Assembly (NCBI GenBank): GCA_951406725.2
Contig: OX597833.1
Location: 58,342,001 to 58,406,000 of the forward strand
From: Octopus vulgaris
Lineage: Eukaryota
Reading direction: 5' to 3'
Length of the DNA: 64,000 nt
In this document: piece by piece, positions 25,239-38,631 of the stretch
Layout of the letters: each line of letters starts with the position of its first letter
Position numbering within the stretch: the first letter of the stretch is position 1
Notes under the pieces: generated by a model
Databases searched by the model: none
Seen by the model: the letters and a program-made list of their open reading frames with translations, nothing else
What the model was told of the DNA's origin: nothing
Translations under genes and position numbers: made by a program

Positions 25239-25640
25239 CGCAGGAGTGGCTGTGTGGTAAGTAGCTTGCTTACCAACCACATGGTTCCGGGTTCAGTCCC
25301 ACTGCGTGGCATCTTGGGCAGGTGTCTTCTGCTACAGCCTTGGGCCGACCAAAGTCTTGTAGACGGAAACTGAAAGAAGCCTGTCGTATATATGTATATA
25401 TATATATGTATGCGTGTGTGTGTATATGTTTGTGTGTCCGTGTTTGTATCCCTAGCATTGCTTGACAACCGATGCTGGTGTGTTTACGTCCCCGTCACCT
25501 AGCGGTTCGGCAAAAGAGACCGATAGAATAAGTACTAAGCTTACAAAGAATAAGTCCCGGGGGCGATTTTCTCGACTAAAGGCGGTGCTCCAGCATGGCC
25601 GCAGTCAAATGACTGAAACAAGTAAAAGAGTAAAGAGAGA
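25236..25640 (+). mobile_element. SINE family A, preceded by an inverted 3' half (25045-25198)
   Basis: Consensus match. Confidence 0.85.
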
Positions 25641-25996
25641 GTGTATATATATATATATAAACAGAAGTTATTTTGAGATTGTTCATGATAGTACTGATAT
25701 ATATTTAGCATTTTCTTGTGAATTTTATTGTCACCGCTCTGTACTCTGTTTATTGTCATAGATTTTATGTTGGGTAATTTTTCTTCGTAAACTTGAAAAT
25801 TCAGTTCATCACAATACAAAGTAAACGATATTAAATACACAGGAGTGGCTGTGGGGAAAGTAGCTTGCTTACCAACCACATGGTTCCGGGTTCAGTACCA
25901 CTGCGTGGTACCATCTAGTATAACTTCGGGCCGATTAAAGCCTTGTGAGTGGATTTTATAGATGGAAACTGAAAAGAAGCTTGTTGTGTGTGTGTC

Positions 25997-26370
25997 GTGG
26001 AGGCGCAATTGCCCAGTGGTTAGAGCAGCGGATACGCGGTCGTAGGATCGCGGTTTCTCTTCCCAGACCGGGCGTTGAGAGTGTTTATTGAGCGAAAACA
26101 TCTAAATCTCCACGAGGTTCCAGCAGGGGTTGGTACTCTTTCACCACAACTTTCTCTCACTCTTTCTTCTTGTTTCTGTTGTACCTGTATATCAAAGGGC
26201 CAGCCAGCCAGCCTTGTCACACTCTGTGTCACGCTGAATCTCCCCGAGAACTACGTTAAGGGTCCACGTGTCTGTGGAGTGCTCAGCCTCTTGCACGTGA
26301 ATTTCACGAGCAGGCTGTTCCGTTGACAGGATCAACTGAGACCCTCGTCGTCGTAACCAACAGTGTGCCA
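25997..26370 (+). mobile_element. SINE family C with alternative 3' module, nested in the microsatellite of a SINE A
   Basis: tRNA head; SINE A 5' half upstream (25838-25995) and its continuation downstream. Confidence 0.8.
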
Positions 26371-26968
26371 CGATATATATATATATATATATATGTTTGT
26401 GTGTCTGTGCTTGTCTCCTTGGGCAAGTGTCTTCTACTATAGCCTCGGGCCGACCAAAGCCTTGTGAGTGGATTTGGCAGACGGAAACTGAAAGAAGCCC
26501 GTCGTATGTGTGTGTGTGTGTTTCAAATGAAACCCTTAAGCTGTGTTCGACTAAAATTCTTCAAAGCGGTGCCCCAGCATGGCCGCAGTCTAATGACTGA
26601 AATAAGTAAAAAGCAAAGGTACTGACTGCCACAACCATTCTCGAATATCAAATAATGATAGCACTTTTTTCTCTTTTTTTTTGAAAATTTTTTTTTTTTT
26701 ATTCTGTTATCACTTGAGATAATATTGTCTGAAATGTTGAATGGAAAAAAAGATTGGTAGAAGTGGCAAAAACTAGGACAGAAACCAGTTAAAAAAATAC
26801 AAAGAATCATAAAGGTCCATAAGGGGTTCCGCAACCAAATTTCCTTTAAACTATATCGTAACGTTTTTATAAAAGAAGTGACATAGGATCTTTACCTTTT
26901 GACCGACAGATTTTAAAAATAATTTTAAAGATTCCTGACATATTCATGAATATACTATCTGTATAAAA

Positions 26969-27574
26969 CAGCGGTTTCCAAACTTTTGGGGTCTCCGCCG
27001 CCCTTATGGACACATAATACCCTCGCCCCTATTCTTATGTATACTTGTTTCAGTCATTTGACTGCGGCCATGCTGGAGCACCGCCTTTAGTCGAGCAAAC
27101 CCCAACTTATTCTATCGGTCTTTTTTTGCCGAACCGCTAAGTGACGGGGACGTAAACACACCAGCATCGGTTGTCAAGCAATGCTAGGGGGACAAACACA
27201 GACACACAAACATATATATATATACGACAGGCTTCTTTCAGTTTCCGTCTACCAAATCCACTCACAAGGCATTGGTCGACCCGGGGCTATAGCAGAAGAC
27301 ACTTGCCCAAGATGCCACGCAGTGGGACTGAACCCGGAACCATGTGGTTGGTTAGCAAGCTACTTACCACACAGCCACTCCTGCGTATAAATAAAATTTT
27401 TATATTTTACTAATTTATATATACTACGATTTATTTGATATTTAATATAATGTTATATAATTTGTATACAACGCTATAATAATATTATAAATTCATAAGC
27501 TTCCCCCAATCCACTGCCTTCTTATACACCGACACCCATCTAGACCCTCTCAACGCCCACTTTGAGAACCTATG
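26969..27574. mobile_element. hAT-type MITE containing a SINE A insertion (27042-27386, -)
   Basis: Ends CAGCGGTTTCCAAACT / ACTTTGAGAACCTATG; 8-bp TSD GTATAAAA. Confidence 0.8.
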
Positions 27575-27810
27575 GTATAAAAGATGTGGTGACCGTAGCC
27601 CATCTTTTATACAGACACTTTTGACCATAAGCTTATTTGAAAATGTATTGACGTTAAGTGCTACCAAGGCAGCCATTAAGCAGTCTAAAATAGCAGCTAA
27701 ATCTCTTTCAAACCACACTGCTGTTTTCATAAAGGAAGGTCATAAGCGGCCGAGAGAATAAGTACTAAGCTTTAAAAAATGAGTTCTTGGGTCGATTTAT
27801 TCGACTAATC

Positions 27811-28455
27811 CAGTGGTTTTCAACCGGAGTTCATATAAGATTTTATTGTTAGAATTGTTTGTTAAAATTTATGCGCATTAAACTGGGGATCTTTTCGGTT
27901 TGAACGGCAGTTTTTTCTAGCGGTGTCATATGAAATTGTCACCCATAATTATGACCCTAGTATCGATCTATTGCATTTCAATCTGTTTTAGGGTTAGAGT
28001 TAGGAGTGGGGGGAAGGTTTTTTTTTTCACAAATGTAAATAAACCCAATCTGTTTCTTAAACGAGGGACATATTCATACGGCCCAGAATGTTTTTTTATC
28101 TCAATAGACGTCAGTGATTGGTTGAAATTGCAGAAATTGAAGAAAAAAACCCAACAAGAAATATCTTACAAACTATAGAATTTTCTCAATAAAGCCAAGA
28201 GAAAAAGATGTTTTATAAACACATTCTACCAGTATACGAAGTTTAAAATTTTTTTAGTTGCCTAGAAATTGTGTTAAAAACTGCCGTTCAAACCGAAAAG
28301 ATCCCTTTTTTTTTTCTCTATACAATTCGTAATATTCAATTATAAAAATACTATTGGATGTTTTTTAAACATCGGAGTTATGATGATCCTTCTGAAGAAA
28401 ATAAGGATTAAACGGGTCCATAAATAATTCTTTAAAAAATGGTCGAGAAACACTG
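27811..28455. mobile_element. hAT-type MITE containing a family E MITE
   Basis: Ends CAGTGGTTTTCAACC / GGTCGAGAAACACTG; degenerate TSD GACTAATC/TACTAAGC. Confidence 0.7.
27887..28304 (+). mobile_element. MITE family E
   Basis: TIRs; no TSD visible. Confidence 0.9.
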
Positions 28456-28970
28456 TACTAAGCCCTTGAAGGCTCTGTGCCCCCAGCTTGGCTGCAGTTC
28501 AATGATTGAAACAAGTAAAAAAGATAAAAGAATTCGTTTCAAATATGAGCAAGACCCAGTCAATGACCTTCCCGAATATGCATAAAATGTGTTCGCTTGG
28601 TGTAAGCGTAAAAGACCGTGACGTCACAAACGCGCCGAATATTTCTCAGAACCATAGTGTCTAGTATAAATTTTACCATCTACTTTAAAACAGATTTGCG
28701 TTGAAGTGTTTTTGCTTAGTTTTTATTCTGTAATGTATATTATCAAGAAATGTCGGTATAAAAGTGCATTGCAGATACAGGCATGTCTCAACTTAAGTGG
28801 TTCGAAGACTTGAAAAACAACGAACTCAACGAGGAAAGAAAAAGAACATTTAATAAAAAAATTATTAGTTTATTATATCTACGTTAATAAACTTCCTATG
28901 TATTATAATTCAATTTTTCCACTTCAGTATTGATTTTTAGATGTTTTTGTTTTATATACTTTCAAATAAG

Positions 28971-29333
28971 GGATCTTTTCGGTTTGACCGGCAGTTTTTT
29001 TCTAGCGGTGTCATATGAAATTGTCACCCATAATTATGACCCTAGTATCGATCTATTGCATTTCAATCTGTTTTAGGGTTAGGGTTAGGGTTGGGGGGAA
29101 GGGTATCTTTTTTTCTTCACAAATGTAAATAAACCCAATCTGTTTCTTAAACGAGGGACATATTCATACGGCACAGAATGTTTTTTTACCTGAATAGACG
29201 TCATTGAATTTTCTCAATAAAGCCAAGAGAAAAAGATGTTTTGTAAACACATTCTACCAGTATACGAAGTTTAAAAGTGTTTAGTTACGTGGACATTATT
29301 AAAAAAAAAATGCCGTTCAAACCGAAAAGATCC
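28971..29333 (+). mobile_element. MITE family E with internal deletion
   Basis: TIRs; 8-bp TSD CAAATAAG. Confidence 0.92.
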
Positions 29334-29923
29334 CAAATAAGTTCATTTATTCTTTGAAATAAATTCATTGGATAAATCGACTGAAGTTGAGATTTTTTTT
29401 CTCCATTAATTAATTTCTTAAAAAGAAGAAAAAAACCCGACGTAAAGTAAAAAAGAAGATAACTCGAAACGATGTAAGTTGAGTTATGTTTCATGAAGCA
29501 AGGATTCGGTTTAAGGACAATATTGTCCTTAAACCGAATCTTTGCTCCATGAAACATTCGTAAAGAACTGCGTTCGAAATGTTTTCGCTGGCTTTTCATC
29601 TCATCTATTCCAAGGTGCGATTAATTAATTCAATCACACCTGTAGGTATGTTTTAATTAATATTCTGGTGCGAAAGGTGGCGGTGTGTTTTACCGAATAC
29701 ATTTATTACAGAAACATATGTACACATTTAACACATCAAATTCACAACACACACACACACGCACGCACGCACGCACGCGCGCGCGACAGTCTTTCGGTAA
29801 AAGTCTATGACGTCATGAGTGAGTGTGCGACATTGCCTTCCATCTGCTTGACACAGATGAACAGTCAAAATATACACTCGCACACGTTCAATCATGACTG
29901 ACGGGCTTTTACTAATACCACAA

Positions 29924-29925
<2 letters not shown>

Positions 29926-29967
<42 letters not shown>

Positions 29968-30086
29968 ACTCACTCACTCTCTCACTCACTCTCTCTCTCT
30001 CTCTCTCTCTCTCACTCACTCACTCACTCACTCACTCACTCACTCACTCACTCACTCACTCACTCACTCACTCACTCACTCACTCA

Positions 30087-30124
<38 letters not shown>
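29926..30124. repeat. (CT)n/(CACT)n/(CA)n microsatellite
   Basis: Direct reading. Confidence 0.95.
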
Positions 30125-30574
30125 CATTCATTACTGAAAATAGAGTAAGATTTGTTGTAAAATTGGTACTTTAGCCTTCAGCTGGCGGTTTATTCAACCA
30201 AACTGGTTGAATAAACCACCAGGTGGAAGTTTAAAGTCCAGTCAAAACCAATTCTGTGTGTTTGTGTGGGACCGCCACCGGTCATTTTTTGGCTGTGCAT
30301 CTGCCCATGTAAGCGCAAGCCCGGGTAAGGTCCTTTTGGCGATCTTACGGCCGGCGAAGTAATCTCGACTGTTATTAAACTCCGAACGTAAAAAGCCGGA
30401 AGTAATACCGCGAGCTACTTTTTCGACGCTCTAACGGTTCAGTCACCTCGCCGCCATATTAACCGTTTTGTTACCATATTTCTGCCGTTGTTTCAATTAA
30501 TTTTGAAAATAATGTAGGACTTAGTAAAATCACTCCGTCCTTATTAAGCTGGTGTTTGAAAAATAATATAAATT

Positions 30575-30968
30575 AGGCGTAGGAGTGGTTGCGTGGTAAG
30601 TAGCTTGCTTACCAACCACATGGTTCCGGGTTCAGTCCCACTGCGTGGCCCGTTGGGCAAGTGTCTTCTACTATAGCCTCGGGTCGACCAAAGCCTTGTG
30701 AGTGGATTTGGTAAACGGAAACTGAAAGAAGCCCGTCGTATATATGTATATATGTGTGTGTATATGTTTGTGTATCTGAGTTTGTCCCCCCGATGCTGGT
30801 GTGTTTACGTCCCCGTAACTTAGCGGTTCGGCAAAAGAGACCGATAGAATAAGTAAGTAGGCTTACAAAGAATAAGTCCTGGGGTCGATTTGCTCGACAA
30901 AAGGCGGCGCTCCAGCATGGCCACAGTCAAATGACTGAAACAAGTAAAAGATTAAAAGATTAAAGATT
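30575..30968 (+). mobile_element. SINE family A, full length
   Basis: Complete consensus with (ATTAAAAG)n tail variant. Confidence 0.9.
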
Positions 30969-31195
30969 TATATAAAATATTGGTGGGAAGGACAGCAAGC
31001 TTCCTTCATAGAACCAGAGCAGCTTGGTATCAAAAGGGTTAATCATAACGATGCTGATGATTCCTTTTTCTTTCTGATATTACAGGGGTAAAGTATGAGA
31101 GGGGGCAATTAAAAACTTTGTGTGTGTGGTGTATGCGAAGGTAACATTTTATACTGATGATTTGTTTCTCCTGTAACTCTCTGATTCCGATCTTT

Positions 31196-31796
31196 GGATC
31201 TTTAAGGTTTCAACGGCAGTTTTTCTAGCGGTGTCATATGAAATTGTCACCCATAATTATGACCCTGGTATCGATCTATTGCATTTCAATTTGTGTTAGG
31301 GTTGGGGGAAGGGTATCTTTTTTCTTCACAAATGTAAATAAACCCAATCTCTTTCTTAAACGAGGGACATATTAATACGGCACAGAATGTGTTTTTTTTT
31401 ACCTCAATAGACGTCATTGATGTCATATGAAATTGTCACCTATAATTATGACCCTGGTATCGATCTATTGCAGTTCAATCTGTTTTAGGGTTAGGGGTGG
31501 GGAGAGAGTTTCTTTTTTTTCTTCAGAAATGTAAATAAACCCAATCTGTTTATTAAATGAGGGACATATTCATACGGCACAGAATGCTTTTTTACCTCAA
31601 TAGACGTCATTGATTGGTTGAAATTGCAGAAATTGAAAGAGAAAAACAGCAAATATCTTACAAACTATAGAATTTTCTCAATAAAGCCAAGAGAAAAAGA
31701 TGTTTTATAAACACATTCTACCAGCATACGAAGTTTAAAAGTGTTTAGTTACGTGGACATTATTGAAAAAAACTGCCGTTCAAACCGAAAAGATCC
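31196..31796 (+). mobile_element. MITE family E with ~190 bp internal tandem duplication
   Basis: TIRs; 8-bp TSD CGATCTTT; TGTCATATGAAATTG...GACGTCATTGA occurs twice. Confidence 0.9.
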
Positions 31797-32155
31797 CGAT
31801 CTTTCGTTTCATTGTTATTAATCTAAGCTGTCAGACGTTGCCCCTTTTTTCTTTTTTTAACTAAAGCTCTCCAGTTCTTGCCAACTTGAAACCTGCATTT
31901 GTCATGTAGTTTTATGACATAAGCAAAATAAATACGTTATCTCTGGGCAATCAGATATAAGCCTGGTCCTACTTTGTGTTCCACAGTGACGATACAAGGA
32001 ATGATAAAACACGATATAATCCGTCATGAACGATAGCACAATCTCAAGGCAGTGTGCCACTCTAGAATGTTAGAAATGTCACAGGAAACAATGAAATATT
32101 TCAAAATCTCTTCTTTTTTTTGTTGAACCGAAATGTGTCATGATAGTGGAAGCTT

Positions 32156-32376
32156 CTGGCAGAAACGTTAGCACGCCGGGCGAAATGCGTAGTCGTATTT
32201 CGTCTGCCGTTACGTTCTGAGTTCAAATTCCGCCGAGGTCGACTTTGCCTTTCATCCTTTCGAGGTCGATAAATAAAGTACCAGTTACGCATTGGGGTCG
32301 ATGTAATCGATTTAATCCGTTTGTCTGTCCTTGTTTTTCCCCTCTATGTTTAGCCCCTTGTGGGTAGTAAAGAAAC
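32156..32376 (+). mobile_element. SINE family B
   Basis: TSD GATAGTGGAAGCT. Confidence 0.9.
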
Positions 32377-34072
32377 AGATAGTGGAAGCTCCTGTGGTCA
32401 TTTGACCTTAAAAAAAATTAACCAAATCTCAACTTCGCTTATTGTCCCTCAGAAGTCGATAAAATAAGGTTCCACCCTTGTACAAGAGTTGATGTAATCT
32501 ATCAATTTCCCCATTCGCTCCAAATTGCTGACACGTCTGAATCACAAACTATTGTTATAAGAGTTAGCGAGTTAGGCGGCGAGCTGGCAGAATCGTTAAG
32601 CACGCCGGGCGAAATGCTTAGCGGTATTTCGTCTGCCGTTACGTTCTGAGTTCAAATTCCGCCGAGGTCGACTTTGCCTTTCATCCTTTCGGGGTCGATT
32701 AAATCAGTACCAGTTACGCACTGGGGTCGATGTAATCGACTTAATACCTATGTCTGTCCTTGTAGAAATAGTAGGCAAGCCTCCTTGAAAATCACAAACT
32801 ACTATGTTAAAGGAAGGACACATTGAATAAATGTAGTCCTAGATATGCTAAATTTTGTTTGCTTTCATTTGTTTCAGCCATTGGAGTGCGGCCTTGCTGG
32901 GGCAACCGCCTTGAAGGATTAATCAATCAAACCGGCCCCCAGTACTTGGTTTTTACGCTTTATGCTTATTCAATCGATGTCATTTTGTCGAACCACTAGA
33001 TTACGGGGACATAAAAAAACAACTTCGGTCTTCAAGCGGTGAGAAGCGCGCGCATATACGCTCTTTCTTTCTTTCTTTCTTTCTTTCTCTCTCTCACGCA
33101 CACACACACACTCTTCTTACGGTTTCTGTCTATCAAACCCAGTTACAAGGCATGAGTCAGCCTGGCGCTATAGTAGAAGACATTTGCCCAAGGAGCTGCA
33201 CTGTAGGGACGAACTCGAAAACCACATGGTTGGGAAACGAACTTCTTAACTACATCAGTCTTGGGACTAAGTTATAGTTAGTCCTGGGGCTCTTAAGTTG
33301 TAGTTAGTCTTGGGACTTCAGACAAGTACTGACTTCACTAATTCCTTTTAGAGTATGTTCTTTGCGTGTGTTTAATATATATTCTCTGGTCACAAACAAA
33401 TGTTTATGTACTTACTCGTGTGTGTGTGTGTGTATATAGACACACACAGACACGAGCACACTTACCCCCGTCCCACCCCACGCTTCACATACAAATGCTA
33501 TCTTTTCTACTTTATTGTGTTATCTAATAATAGATTAAAAATAAAAAAAAATATATATAAATTTTAAGTCTGCTTTGCAGTTTTGACATGTCCCGGTGCA
33601 AAAATAGTGATGTCAGCTGATATTTTCGAATGCCATGTGATGGGACATGCATCGGGCACAAGCACATAGCCTGGACACCATTCTATCTCCCCCCGCCCTG
33701 TTACCCCCCCCCCTAACACCACCTTCGTCATCGCTGCCACCATGACACTCACCAACCACGATCTGTTGTTCAGTCGCTGACATTCGAGAACGTTTGGCCC
33801 ACTTCCAAGCTGTGTCCTGCTTCTTGTCAACGTTTGCTCACCGTGGTTGCGTCTTCTCTGAGCTTAGAGGTTGCGTGTGTACGCAAACCCCTTCCCTGCC
33901 TTTCAGCAGTTTTTCTCTCTCGCTCGTGACCGTATTTCCAATGGAATACACAACACCCTTGCTGTTTACAAATTAATTTTCAAAGTGATCAGGAATTGTT
34001 GTATACCCGTGTGTGATGGTTGTTGTTGTTAGTGGTGGACGTTTAGTATTCAGTAAAAAAATTAACTTATAT

Positions 34073-34291
34073 CAGTGGTTTTCAACCAGGGTTCCGTGGA
34101 ACCTTAGGGTTCTGCCAGTACAGTCCAGGGGTTCCGCAAGAAGTTACAAAACTGCTAAAATCGGCAGTAATTTTAAATTCTCCTCTGCAGATATGTGTGC
34201 ATAAGACTATTAAATTATTGCACAGGGGTTCCTCGAGCTAGTGGAATGTTTCCTTGGGGTTCCGCTCCAGCAAAAAGGTTGAAAAGCACTG
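34073..34291. mobile_element. hAT (Charlie-like) MITE
   Basis: TIR CAGTGGTTTTCAACC / GGTTGAAAAGCACTG; perfect 8-bp TSD ACTTATAT. Confidence 0.9.
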
Positions 34292-34553
34292 ACTTATATC
34301 ATGGCCTGTTTCTAGTTTTAAATAATTGTGTGTCTTGTGTCAGCTCATTAAAAATAAAAATATCATTTTGAGTTTAGCACAACACTTCTTTCACCATTTC
34401 AAGCACCATCTTTCAAGTGAGCGAAGGACGGAAAGCGCAGATGTTAATTGTTCTCTTTTACTGATTTCTATCCTGATTTGCTGTGATCCAACTGTGGCCA
34501 TCACAACCAAATCTCTTCGTGTTAACGCTTAGCTATATCCTTGAATCTCGGAA

Positions 34554-35172
34554 GGCGGCGAGCTGGCAGAAACGTTAGCGCGCCGGGCGAAATGCTTAGC
34601 GGTATTTCGTCTGCCGTTACGTTCTGAGTTCAAATTCCGCCGAGGTCGACTTTGCCTTTCATCCTTTCGGGGTCGATAAATAAAGTACCAGTTACGCACT
34701 GGGGTCGATGTAATCGACTCCGCCGAGGTCGACTTCGCCTTTCATCCTTTCGGGGTCGATGAATAAAGTACCAGTTACTCACTGGCGTCGATGTAATCGA
34801 CTTTATACCTATGTCTGTCCTTGTTTGTCCCCTCTGTGTTTGGCCCCTTGTGGGTAATAAAGAAATAGGTATTTCGTCTGTCGTTACGTTCGGAGTTCAA
34901 ATTCCGCCGAGGTCGACTTTGCCTTTCATCCTTTCGGGGTCGATAAATAAAGTACCAGTTTCGCACTGGGTCGATGTAATCGACTTAATCCCTTTGTCTG
35001 TCCTTGTTTGTCCCCTCTTATATCGACGACCCAGTGCGTAACTGGTACTTATTTAATCGACCGCGAAAGGATGAAAGGCAAAGTCGACCTCGGCAGAATT
35101 TGAACTCAGAACGTAGCGGCAGACGAAATACGGCTACGCATTTCGCCCGGCGTGCTAACGTTTATGCCAACT
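34554..35172. mobile_element. SINE B multimer (+) abutting an inverted SINE B (-)
   Basis: Consensus matches; junction AAGAAATAGGTATTTC at ~34868. Confidence 0.85.
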
Positions 35173-35507
35173 CTTGTGTCATAATTCTGAAGTGCGACTC
35201 TCTAGATTTGCCTCGTTTCTTGTCTCTATGCATACACTTTCAGATACGCTGTGGAATGAATGCCTCGTAGAGCAATGCTGTCGGAGTAACAATGACATTG
35301 GGCGCTAGCATTCAGTACTGTTTGACTCGCAGTGTTACATCAAACTATACAAAGCTTGAGTTAATTCACGCGACCTGAACTGCAGTGCACATCTTTAATG
35401 ACTGTCATACGAGTGAACTTACTCAGATGTCCAGACCTTTTGTCACTGACTCAACTAACATACTGTATCCACCGCCTTTTTCGTGTCAACAAGGACTGAA
35501 TACAATA

Positions 35508-36021
35508 CCGTAAATCCTCGAGTATAGTCCGCCCTCGAGTATAATACGCAGGGGATTTTTAGGGGGCTGTACCTCTGAAAAACCTAAACCTTGTGTATAA
35601 TGCGCTCCCCTTCTCTAACTTGAGTCAAGGAGGTCTGTATAGCGTCCTTCGTTTGTAAAACTGTATACGGTAATGCCCTTTATTATTATTGTATATATAA
35701 CATAATGCAAACGTGTAGCTTTTTTGTGCATTTTGTTGCCAGAAAATAAAGAAATAACAGTAATAACGTTTAGTAAATGTTGCTTACTGCAAGTTATGGA
35801 TGATTCTTTTATGACTTCATTGCTTTCAGGCTTAGCTTAGGGTATTTTCGCGCCCGACATCACAAAATGCGTCTGAATAAACATTGCCGGACAGCAAATA
35901 GAGACTTGGACATTGCTTAGAAAATACTTTTTCATTTTTAACCTCGTATATAGTACGCACTAGGGATTTTGACATTTAAATTTTGGGGAAAAAAATGCGG
36001 ATTATACTCGAGGATTTATGG
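35508..36021. mobile_element. Tc1/mariner-superfamily MITE
   Basis: TA|CCGTAAATCCTCGAGTATA...TATACTCGAGGATTTATGG|TA: TIRs with TA TSD. Confidence 0.85.
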
Positions 36022-36488
36022 TACTTTGATCTATTCTACACGTTTTCTTGGATTTGTTGAAGGCAGAACACCACAGCTATGGTTCTTCTTTCTCTTTTGA
36101 ACTGACATTGAATTTCGAGTAGAACTATTGAGGTTTTTTTTCATTCAGTTTGTTACGCAACAGATTTGCAAATACCTTCTCGACCTTATCAAGTACTGAA
36201 ATCCCTCCTCAGTTCTTGCATTTATTTCTATCGCTCTTTCTTGGTTTCACTTGTTTCAATCACTAAACTGCGACTATGCTGGAGCACCACCTTGAAGGAT
36301 TTTTTTCAGTCGACCATATCTGCCCCCAGCTCTTTTAAATCTAGTAATTTTCGATCGCTTTTGCCGAGCCACTAAGTTTCAGGGCCATAAGCTAACCAAC
36401 AACGGTTGTCAGACGCGGGGCGTGTGGGATAATCACAAACAGAAAGACACACACGCATCTCTCTCTCCCTCCCTCCCTCTCTCTCTCG

Positions 36489-36572
<84 letters not shown>

Positions 36573-36985
36573 CAGGCTTCCATACAGTTTCCGTACCAAA
36601 TTCTCTCTCAAGGCATTGATCGACTCGGGGCTATTGTAGAAGTCACTTGCCCAAGGTGTCACGAACTGGGACAGAACTCAAAACCTCGTGATTACAAAGC
36701 GAGCTTCTTAACCTACATAATTTAGAGACAATCCCAGCATCTTTTTTGTCTTGAGGGACATCACCAGCCTCCTATTTTACATCACTTTGCATAAATGTTT
36801 TAATGAGCTTGTGTTCTTCGTTTTTTTTGTCTGTTTTTGTTAACCATATTTCTGGCACCGTCCTGTTCACTCTTGGCGCCTTTCTCCTTGAGGTTGTCCT
36901 GGTTACAACCAATTGAAATCCGTGACGGTTTGCAACTCGATCGCTTTGTTTTTCTACTACTTCAGCTTCGTTTTGCAGATATACT

Positions 36986-37216
36986 TATTTCTTTATTACC
37001 CACAAGGGGCTAAACAGAGAGGGGACAAACAAGGACAGACAAACGGATTAAGTCGATTATATCGACCCCAGTGCGTAACTGGTACTTATTTAATCGACCC
37101 CGAAAGGATGAAAGGCAAAGTCGACCTCGGCGGAATTTGAACTCAGAACGTAACGGCAGACGAAATACCGCTAAGCATTTCGCCCGGCGCGCTAACGATT
37201 CTGCCAGATCGCCGCC
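36986..37216 (-). mobile_element. SINE family B, full length
   Basis: 19-bp TSD TTCGTTTTGCAGATATACT. Confidence 0.93.
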
Positions 37217-37515
37217 TTCGTTTTGCAGATATACTGTTGTCCCCAGCACCCACCTTTCTTCCTCATGGTTACTCTGAATATAACAGAACTTAATTAAATG
37301 TTGGGAGCCAGGAGATAGTTTGGGTGACCTTGATTGCATTGCTCTAACAGGGAAGCAAAGAGTTATATCCTCGCAACAAAATCAGCCTTAATGTGTCTTT
37401 GGTTTCTCAAACACATCTTTAGCCCTGTCATGTACTGTGGGGCGATGCGAGGACCATCTTGCATTAAATACTAACCTAGTTTTTTTGTTGTATTTTCTGC
37501 GATTCCAGAATTTCT

Positions 37516-37746
37516 TATTTCTTTACTACCCACAAGGGGCTACACACAGAGGGGCCAAAGAAGGACAGACAAACGGATTAAGTCGATTATATCGACCACA
37601 GTGCGTAACTGGTACTTATTTAATCGACCCCGAAAGGATGAAAGGCAAAGTCGACCTCGGCGGAATTTGAACTCAGAACGTAAAGACAGACGAAATACCG
37701 CTGAGCATTTCGCCCGGCGCGCTAACGTTTCTGCCAGATCGCCGCC
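37516..37746 (-). mobile_element. SINE family B, full length
   Basis: TSD ATTCCAGAATTTC. Confidence 0.92.
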
Positions 37747-38075
37747 TTCAATTCCAGAATTTCGTCCATATCTCTTTCTAGTATGGTCCTTACATTCTTA
37801 TCCACCTACTTACTTGTCGCTTTTTTAATGGACTTTGGCGGCCTAGTCCTGTTCCGTTTGGCAATTACAAGGAAGGCTATCTATAGTCGAAGCATTCAGT
37901 TGTCTATGCAACATTTGGTTCCTCTCCTCAAATCGACCCCAGTACTTATTCTTTGCACGCCTAGTACTTATTCTATCGGTCTGTTTTGCCGAACCGCTGG
38001 GTTACGGCGACGTAAACACACCAGCATCGGTTGTCAAGCGATCTTGGGGGGACAAACACAGACACACAAACATAT

Positions 38076-38108
<33 letters not shown>

Positions 38109-38113
38109 CATAT

Positions 38114-38276
38114 AGGGAGAGTTTACAAAAAAAACAACAAGACGAAGATATATTAGTATAACGCTCAGGAATAGAAAAAGTATTTTACGTTTCGAGCCTA
38201 CGCTCTTCTACAGAAAGGGACACAGAAAACAAGGAGAGAAAAAAATGTGTGTAGTGGATAACGATCTATCATGGCG
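38114..38276 (-). mobile_element. Penelope-like terminal-repeat fragment with variant hammerhead motif (38183-38216)
   Basis: Minus strand TTT CTGTAGA A GAG-CGTAGG-CTC GAAA CG TA AAA; abuts (TA)n; homologous copies at 39886 and 40425. Confidence 0.65.
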
Positions 38277-38631
38277 ACTTCTTTCAGAAGGCTCAATCTG
38301 CTAGAAATAGCGGCTGAATCTCCTCTAAATCGTACACTACAGTCTCAAAAAATGGAAGGACACCTTAAACACTGTTGTGCCTTCTAGTTAGTTATACAAG
38401 AAGACAGCTTCATCATAGGTCTGCTCTTTTAGTTTGATTCTAGAAGTGTTTGTCGTTATAATGTTCTTGTCATAAGGGGTCAGCCAGCGGTGCATTCAGC
38501 TCTTTAGTTTTAGCTTATGCTGTTGTTCAACCGCCCCAGGTCGGTGCTGATAGGGCGCATTTACGTCAAAGGGTGATCTGACTTTGACCCTCACGTTTTA
38601 TTTCAGGAATATTTACCTCGCAACACATTTG

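Noticed and set aside
29073-29098. TTAGGG repeats as telomere or fusion relic
   Set aside because: Only 1-3 units and always internal to MITE E.
33734-33780. Perfect Kozak GCCACCATG
   Set aside because: Frame closes after 12 codons, with no clear donor site.
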